This document shows, in pieces, positions 33,672-38,695 of a stretch of 38,695 nt of DNA (position 1 is the stretch's first letter; each line of letters begins with the position of its first letter). The position numbers were made by a program, and so were the translations under genes. The notes under the pieces are model-generated. The model did not search any database. It saw only the letters and a list, made by a program, of their open reading frames with translations, and was not told the origin of the DNA. Origin of the DNA: a virus (lineage: Duplodnaviria; Caudoviricetes); IMG/VR virus record IMGVR_UViG_3300012167_000007, positions 1 to 38,695 of that record; one strand, given 5' to 3'.

Positions 33672-35376
33672 CGACGCCGACCTCGTCCCGCGCCAGCATC
33701 GACGCGAGCGTCGCCGGGTGCAGTGGCGCGCGGTTGTTCGCGATGATGGCGCTCTGGATTCGCTTCGCCTTCGCGCCCGTCAGCCGCCAGGCGTTGATGC
33801 CGTACCAGCCAAGCCAATGCACGCCGCCGAGCTGGCACATGCCGCTCGCCTTCCGTCGCTCATTGAGCCCGCGCAGGCGCTTAAACTGCGCCTTGGTGCA
33901 GCCGTTTGGGATCGGGATGCCGCTCTCCTTCAGCCACCGCAGCTGCTTGACGGTCGCGCGATCTTCGGGGCGGATGTTCCGCCACGCCGGCTGCATGTGC
34001 GCCACGCCGGCGAGTTCGAAGATGCTGCGCACGCGCCCCTTCGACGACTTGGCCTTGCGCGCGACCGCTGCCGCCGCGAACGCGCGCTTGCGCTCGTCGA
34101 CGCGCGCCTGGGCCTGTGCGACCGCGGCGTCTACGTTGCCGCCCTCTTTCTGTAAGATCTTCTTGGCCTCCTTGCGCACGTCGTCGGGCATGGCGCCGGC
34201 CAGCAGGTCAAGCGGACCGACGACGCTGTGGCGCTCGCCGTTGCAGACGAGGTCGTACCAGAGCGCCCGGGGCTTCGGGCTCGCGGCGATCGCCGCCGCT
34301 CGAGCCTCGACGGTCGGCAGGTCGCCGATGCCGGGCCCGTCAGTCCCGTCGTCCCACATGCGCGTCGCTCGCCCCACCCGCTGCATGACGCGCAGGCGGC
34401 TCTTGGACTTTGCCGTATCGACGATGCCGTCGAGCGTCGGATCGTCGTGCCCTTCCGTGTAGATGTTGCAGTTGACGAGCAGCTTGATCTCGCCGGCGCG
34501 GTGCCGCTCCTCGATGCTCCGCTTCTCGTCGTCGTCCATCGTGCCGTCGACGGACGCGGCCAGCCCGGGCACCAACATGTTGAGCGCGGCCGACAGCGTG
34601 TGCGCCGTCTTGACGCCCGGGGTGAACACGATCAGCCGCTTGTCGCGCGCGTGGTCCAGGATGGCGCGCGCGATGCGACCCGCCTCCTGCGCCACCGCGT
34701 CGTCGAGTTGCGTCGGGTCCAGGTCCTTGCCGCGCAGGTCGATCTTGTCGAGGTTGACGTTCGACTCCAGCGGCACGTAGTCGACGGGCGTCAGCCACGC
34801 GTCGCTGGTCGCCGGGATGATCTCGTAACGGTGCGCCACCGAGTCGTACACCGACCCCATCGCCACGCCGTCGCTGCGATCGGCCGTCGCCGTCACGCCC
34901 AGCAGCTTCGCGTGCGGAAACGCCTCGTAGATCTTCCGGTAGCTCGGCGCCGTCGAGCGGTGCGCTTCGTCCGTGATGATGAAGTCGATCGTGTCCTTGA
35001 ATCGTTCGGCGAACCGCTTGAGCCGATCGCCCTTGAGCGTCTGCACGCTGCCGACAACGTACGGCGTCCCGAATGCGGTGCGCTCGGCCTTCTCGACGCC
35101 GACGAGCGCGCCGGTAGCGAGCTGCAGCTTCTTGTGCGCCTGTCGCGCCAGCGTGTCGCGGTGGACCAGCACCAGACCGTTGCCGCGCCGCTTCGCCTGC
35201 ATGCAGAACAGCACGGTTTTCCCGAGGCCGGTCGCTTGCACGATGAGCGTCGATCGGTGCTGGGCTAGCTCGCGGTCGATGCACAGGTCGGCGTCGTTCT
35301 GATACGGGCGCGGCGTGAACGCCCCCGCGCGCACGGGCTTGTCGAAAAAGCCGGTTTGCTGCGGCGCGACGGTCAC
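33664..35376 (-). CDS. Superfamily 2 DEAH-box helicase
   Basis: PRPYQ, QATGLGKT, DEAH, GVTAT, TEGHD, QRVGRATR; GTGA-coupled start. Confidence 0.92.
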   Translation of the reverse strand: MTVAPQQTGFFDKPVRAGAFTPRPYQNDADLCIDRELAQHRSTLIVQATGLGKTVLFCMQAKRRGNGLVLVHRDTLARQAHKKLQLATGALVGVEKAERTAFGTPYVVGSVQTLKGDRLKRFAERFKDTIDFIITDEAHRSTAPSYRKIYEAFPHAKLLGVTATADRSDGVAMGSVYDSVAHRYEIIPATSDAWLTPVDYVPLESNVNLDKIDLRGKDLDPTQLDDAVAQEAGRIARAILDHARDKRLIVFTPGVKTAHTLSAALNMLVPGLAASVDGTMDDDEKRSIEERHRAGEIKLLVNCNIYTEGHDDPTLDGIVDTAKSKSRLRVMQRVGRATRMWDDGTDGPGIGDLPTVEARAAAIAASPKPRALWYDLVCNGERHSVVGPLDLLAGAMPDDVRKEAKKILQKEGGNVDAAVAQAQARVDERKRAFAAAAVARKAKSSKGRVRSIFELAGVAHMQPAWRNIRPEDRATVKQLRWLKESGIPIPNGCTKAQFKRLRGLNERRKASGMCQLGGVHWLGWYGINAWRLTGAKAKRIQSAIIANNRAPLHPATLASMLARDEVGVDG

Positions 35377-36356
35377 GCCGCCCGCCCCTTCGGCAGCTTC
35401 CCCGCCAGCGCGTCGGCGTACGGCACCAGCTGCCCGTTGACGAAAACCGCCGGCGCGCTCGGGTCGCGTAGCTCCCGCGGCACGCGAGAGTCCGCGGCCT
35501 TCATCAGTTCCGCCGGCACGTGGCCCTGCGTGTGGCAGACAGGGCAGTCCGCCGTCAGCTTGGCGATTGCCTTGCACCAAGGGCAGATCGCCGCCGGCCT
35601 CATGCCCCGCGCCCACGCGGCGAAGCGATGCACCTCGGCGTGAAACTGCTGCGCCTCGGCGTTGTCTCCGAGCCGCGTCGCAGCCGACTGCGCCGCAATC
35701 AGGTGCTTGTTTATGGCGTCGAGCGTCGACTGCCGATACGCCGCCGCGCCGCACGTGCCCTCGACGTCATCGAACGGGACGCCCAGCAGATCCAGGTTGG
35801 GAGAAAATGCCGGCTCCTCCGCGGTAGCGGCCGGCGCGCCAGACGACGGGGGGGCGGCCCCGTCCGCGGAAGACTTTGCGGCGCTCCGCTGCTCGGCCTT
35901 TCGGACGGCAGCGGTCGATACGCCGGCGTCGCGCGCGACGGCCTTGCGGGCCTCCGCCGTGACGCTCTGCGTGGGTGGGACAGTTGTCCCACCTTGGGCG
36001 GTCAGCAGCTGCTCCTTGGCGCGCACCGCGCGGGCGAGGACGTCGCTGCGAAGGTCGGCGCGGCGGTGGACGTTTTCGCTCGCCTCCAGGTCGGCCGCTT
36101 CGACGTCCGTGCACTCGCACAGGCGCGCCCACAGGTGCGTCGCCTTGAGCGTCATCAGCGCCGCCATCCGGTCGCGCCCACAGAGCAGCACCTTTCCCGG
36201 CATGCGCACCGTCGGCGCATGGATCAGCTCGTCGCCGTGCTCGCGGATGTTCGCGGCTAGGTCGGTGACGTGCGCCTGCTTGGACCGGCGCCGAACCTCC
36301 GCGACGTCCATGTTGACCGACGAGAACTTGACCCTCTGGTACCCGAGCCAGCGCAT
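35373..36356 (-). CDS. ParB N-terminal-like domain, HTH and C-terminal Zn finger
   Basis: LAANIREHG..LIHAPTV, LLCGRDRMAA, SENVHR, VARDAGVSTAAVRK, CPWC..CPVC. Confidence 0.7.
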   Translation of the reverse strand: MRWLGYQRVKFSSVNMDVAEVRRRSKQAHVTDLAANIREHGDELIHAPTVRMPGKVLLCGRDRMAALMTLKATHLWARLCECTDVEAADLEASENVHRRADLRSDVLARAVRAKEQLLTAQGGTTVPPTQSVTAEARKAVARDAGVSTAAVRKAEQRSAAKSSADGAAPPSSGAPAATAEEPAFSPNLDLLGVPFDDVEGTCGAAAYRQSTLDAINKHLIAAQSAATRLGDNAEAQQFHAEVHRFAAWARGMRPAAICPWCKAIAKLTADCPVCHTQGHVPAELMKAADSRVPRELRDPSAPAVFVNGQLVPYADALAGKLPKGRAA

Positions 36357-36517
36357 CAGATGCCTCCTTCGAGCCCGTACCCCGCCGACAGCGCGCCGAG
36401 CACCAGGCCCAGCACCGCCGCGAGCGCCAGCACCGCCACCGCGCCGCCGACGGAACGCCACCGCGCGCGGCGCCGCTCGATCGCCAGGAAGTCGGCCCAC
36501 GACATACCGGCGATCAC
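36356..36517 (-). CDS. Small membrane protein
   Basis: One long hydrophobic segment; coupled on both sides. Confidence 0.6.
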   Translation of the reverse strand: MIAGMSWADFLAIERRRARWRSVGGAVAVLALAAVLGLVLGALSAGYGLEGGI

Positions 36518-36975
36518 GACGACACCACCCGTTTTGCGTCGTCTAGCGGGTGATAGTCCGCGGGAACCTTCAGGTACGTCCGCCAGTCGGTGAAGTTCTT
36601 GCCGTCCCAAAAGCCCCATGTGCGGCGGCGCGGGCCGGACAGCACCAGCGTCCACGCCACGCCGAACACCTTGACGATCCGGTGCGTGTGCTCCGCCGAT
36701 CGCAGGCGCGCCTCACCGGGCATGAGATTGGAGAACTTCGCACCGCCGCCCGCGTCAGCGACTTCCTCGGTGTACCCGCCGCTCAGACAGAGCGTCGCGA
36801 AGTCCCACGGGTGATCGTGCGGGATGCGCTCGCGGTCGGGGCGACAGAGCTTGTGCAGCATCAATTGCCAGCCGCGCACCTCGGGCCCGACGTAGAACCT
36901 GCGCAGGTACAGATCGCCACCGTGGTCGATGTCGCGGTGCTTGAACACCGCCCGAAGCACACGCTCTACGATCAC
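36514..36975 (-). CDS. Cupin-fold protein (HDHPW family)
   Basis: YLRRF, LHKL, PHDHPWDF, LSGGYTEE, HRI, WTLV, WGFW. Confidence 0.8.
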   Translation of the reverse strand: MIVERVLRAVFKHRDIDHGGDLYLRRFYVGPEVRGWQLMLHKLCRPDRERIPHDHPWDFATLCLSGGYTEEVADAGGGAKFSNLMPGEARLRSAEHTHRIVKVFGVAWTLVLSGPRRRTWGFWDGKNFTDWRTYLKVPADYHPLDDAKRVVSS

Positions 36976-37202
36976 GACTTCACGACGACGGTTGCGATCA
37001 GCGCACAGTCAGCGCGCAGCTCGACCGACGAGCGATCGGCCAACGCCCCGGCCTCGTTGGGCGTCTCGACGGTGAGCTGCGTCCCCTCCGGCAGCCGCAG
37101 CAGCCGCACGAGGTCGGCGTAACCGAACTCGTAGCGGTGCTGGATCCGTTGCTCAACCGTCGAGATCCGCGTGATGCCCTTGAACCGCGGCGCCCGCTTC
37201 AC
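36972..37202 (-). CDS. Hypothetical protein, 76 aa
   Basis: GTGA-coupled on both sides. Confidence 0.6.
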   Translation of the reverse strand: MKRAPRFKGITRISTVEQRIQHRYEFGYADLVRLLRLPEGTQLTVETPNEAGALADRSSVELRADCALIATVVVKS

Positions 37203-37339
37203 GCGCGCACCGCCCTGGCGACCGGGTCGCCGAACATCGCCAGGACGTCGGCCAGGGCTTTGCGGTAGACCCACAGCGCGCGGGCGCGACGGCGTTTTCC
37301 GGTGACTACCGGATTTAGTCCGGGAGATCTCGTACGCAT
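37199..37339 (-). CDS. Hypothetical protein, 46 aa
   Basis: Strong SD GGAGGTG before MRTRSPG. Confidence 0.6.
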   Translation of the reverse strand: MRTRSPGLNPVVTGKRRRARALWVYRKALADVLAMFGDPVARAVRA

Positions 37340-37350
37340 GGAATCACCTC

Positions 37351-37460
37351 CGAGGTTCGTGAGCAGGAGACGCGCCCGCATCCGACAGCACGCGGGTTGT
37401 GAAGCTCGAATGCGGGTCAGGTCTGCGGACGCGTCTTCCGATCACGAACTCGAGCTTCAC
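37351..37460 (-). promoter_or_regulatory. Structured leader or hairpin downstream of the integrase
   Basis: Long interrupted stem plus a competing 11-bp perfect inverted repeat. Confidence 0.55.
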
Positions 37461-38527
37461 GAATACAGCTTTGCTCCCGCGCGGCCGAGCTTGTCAACTT
37501 CCTCATGTGCTGGCCGTTCACTTTTTTGTGCGGCGCGGCGCGGACCCCGGCGCGGCTCCATCATCGCGGCGACCGCCTTGGCCGTCTCGGCGCGCGATCG
37601 GTGCAGGTAGCGCTCGGTCGTTCGCAGCGACGAGTGTCCCAGCACCTCCTGAATCATCGTCGCCTGGGCGCCGCGCGCGTCCGCCAGCGACGCGAACGTG
37701 TGGCGGCAGTCGTGCGGGACGATCCGGTTGTCGCCGGCCGCAGCAGCCGCATCGACACCGGCGAGCTCGCACGCTTGGCGGAACCAGTCCCGCAGCGTCT
37801 CCTGCCCCCATAGCCGCGCCTTGCGGTAGTGGGTGAACACGTACGGCGTCGTCGGGTGCGGCGGAACGTCGGCGACCGCGCGCATAGCCCGGCGGGTGAG
37901 CGCGACGACGCGCGGCCGCTTGCCCTTCGTCTCGGCGCCGGCCAGCGCCACCGTCCCGTCGAGCCCGATCCGATCGCGGCGCAGTCGGCGCGCCTCGTTG
38001 AACCGCATGCCCGTGTCGAGCAGGACCGTGATGAACGCGCGCGCCGTCACGCGCTGGTGCTCCCAGCGCAGCGAATCGGCGGCGGCGATCAGGGCGTCCA
38101 CCTGATCGGGCTGCAACCACGTCTCGCGGCCGATGCGCGTTCGGATGCGCTTCGCCTTGCGCAGCGGGTTTTCGTGCAGCAGGCGCTCGTCCACGCCGAA
38201 CCGGAACATCTGGCGCGCGCGGGTGAGCGCAAGGTTGATGGTCGACTGCAGGTAGCAGCGCCCGTACCGCGTGCGCGTCTTGAGCATGCGAATGCGGTGG
38301 CGGTCCCAGTCGGCGGGCGTCAGGTCAGCGCACGGCACGTCCCAGAAAGCGAGCAGGAACGGTTTCAGCTCGGCGCGAATCTGTCGCTTCCGACGGCCCG
38401 GCGCGAGCGACGACTTGAACGCCAGCCACAGCCGACCGACGGTAAGCCCATCCGTGCCGCTGACTGGCAGCGTCACGCCAACGGCACGCGCGATCCTTCG
38501 CAGCAGTTCTGCGTTGTCCTCGTCCAC
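37457..38527 (-). CDS. int: Tyrosine recombinase / integrase
   Basis: TGMRFNE, TKGK, HDCRHTFAS, LGHSS, TTERY give the full R-K-H-R-H-Y set. Confidence 0.93.
   Translation of the reverse strand: MDEDNAELLRRIARAVGVTLPVSGTDGLTVGRLWLAFKSSLAPGRRKRQIRAELKPFLLAFWDVPCADLTPADWDRHRIRMLKTRTRYGRCYLQSTINLALTRARQMFRFGVDERLLHENPLRKAKRIRTRIGRETWLQPDQVDALIAAADSLRWEHQRVTARAFITVLLDTGMRFNEARRLRRDRIGLDGTVALAGAETKGKRPRVVALTRRAMRAVADVPPHPTTPYVFTHYRKARLWGQETLRDWFRQACELAGVDAAAAAGDNRIVPHDCRHTFASLADARGAQATMIQEVLGHSSLRTTERYLHRSRAETAKAVAAMMEPRRGPRRAAQKSERPAHEEVDKLGRAGAKLYS
37467..37497 (-). promoter_or_regulatory. Possible promoter inside the integrase 3' end
   Basis: TTGACA at 37492-37497 with an upstream A-tract; weak -10. 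Confidence 0.4.
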
Positions 38528-38572
38528 TCATCGCCCTTCCGCCCCCTATGCGTGCCATCACGCAACGGAGAA

Positions 38573-38695
38573 ACGATGTTGAGGTGCTTTGTTACTAACT
38601 ATTCGTGCGCCACGTTACCGGCGCGCCTACCAATTACTCACGGATAGATTCTCTTCGGCGTGAAGCCTGGAATCTCGAAGTACGCCTCTTTTCTG
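38573..38695 (+). repeat. 123-bp direct terminal repeat, right copy
   Basis: Identical to 1..123; contains the 3' end of the 66..272 gene, consistent with a circular overlap. Confidence 0.97.

Larger units (their letters stand above)
1..38695. mobile_element. Complete or near-complete temperate podovirus-like phage genome (circular unit 38,572 bp)
   Basis: Terminase, portal, scaffold, capsid, adaptor, nozzle, ejection, lysis, integrase and recombination genes all present; no tape-measure or sheath gene; identical ends; no host genes seen. Confidence 0.93.

Noticed and set aside
37351-37452. Integron attC site
   Set aside because: The ends read GTT...AAC rather than RYYYAAC...GTTRRRY, and Int shows no evident IntI-specific insertion.
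37457-37620. tRNA-derived attP core inside the int 3' end, as in Myxococcus phage Mx8
   Set aside because: No tRNA T-arm-like sequence seen there; no tRNA gene noticed anywhere in the window, though no scan was run.

Overview
The window looks like a complete, GC-rich, probably temperate podovirus-like phage genome of 38,572 bp. Bases 1-123 are repeated exactly at 38573-38695, which is most likely a circular-assembly overlap. Nearly all genes lie on the minus strand and are translationally coupled. In circular order they are: HTH regulator, HNH endonuclease, SSB-like protein, RecE-like exonuclease, (junction), tyrosine integrase, cupin, ParB-like protein, SF2 helicase, a mosaic block of small Zn-finger and modular proteins, an HTH activator candidate, TerS, TerL, portal, scaffold, major capsid, adaptor, tail fibre, nozzle, ejection proteins, holin and CHAP endolysin. 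Only a RusA mini-operon and a lipoprotein moron are on the plus strand. Main unexpected signals: (1) palindromic CGACC-AGATTCTT-GGTCGAA-type sites at domain linkers of the modular accessory ORFs, with two cassette-like modules sharing flanks but not cores; (2) a 14-bp motif CGTGACGYYGGTGC in five copies before late genes; (3) a TerL frame extending 45 codons upstream of its first canonical start, implying an ATT start or a +1 frameshift; (4) three structured non-coding regions, one with competing stems just after the integrase; (5) several leaderless sigma70-type promoters, one inside a tandem-HTH gene. The host cannot be determined here; a Myxococcota-like diderm is only a guess. All product calls are motif recognition by eye, without database searches.
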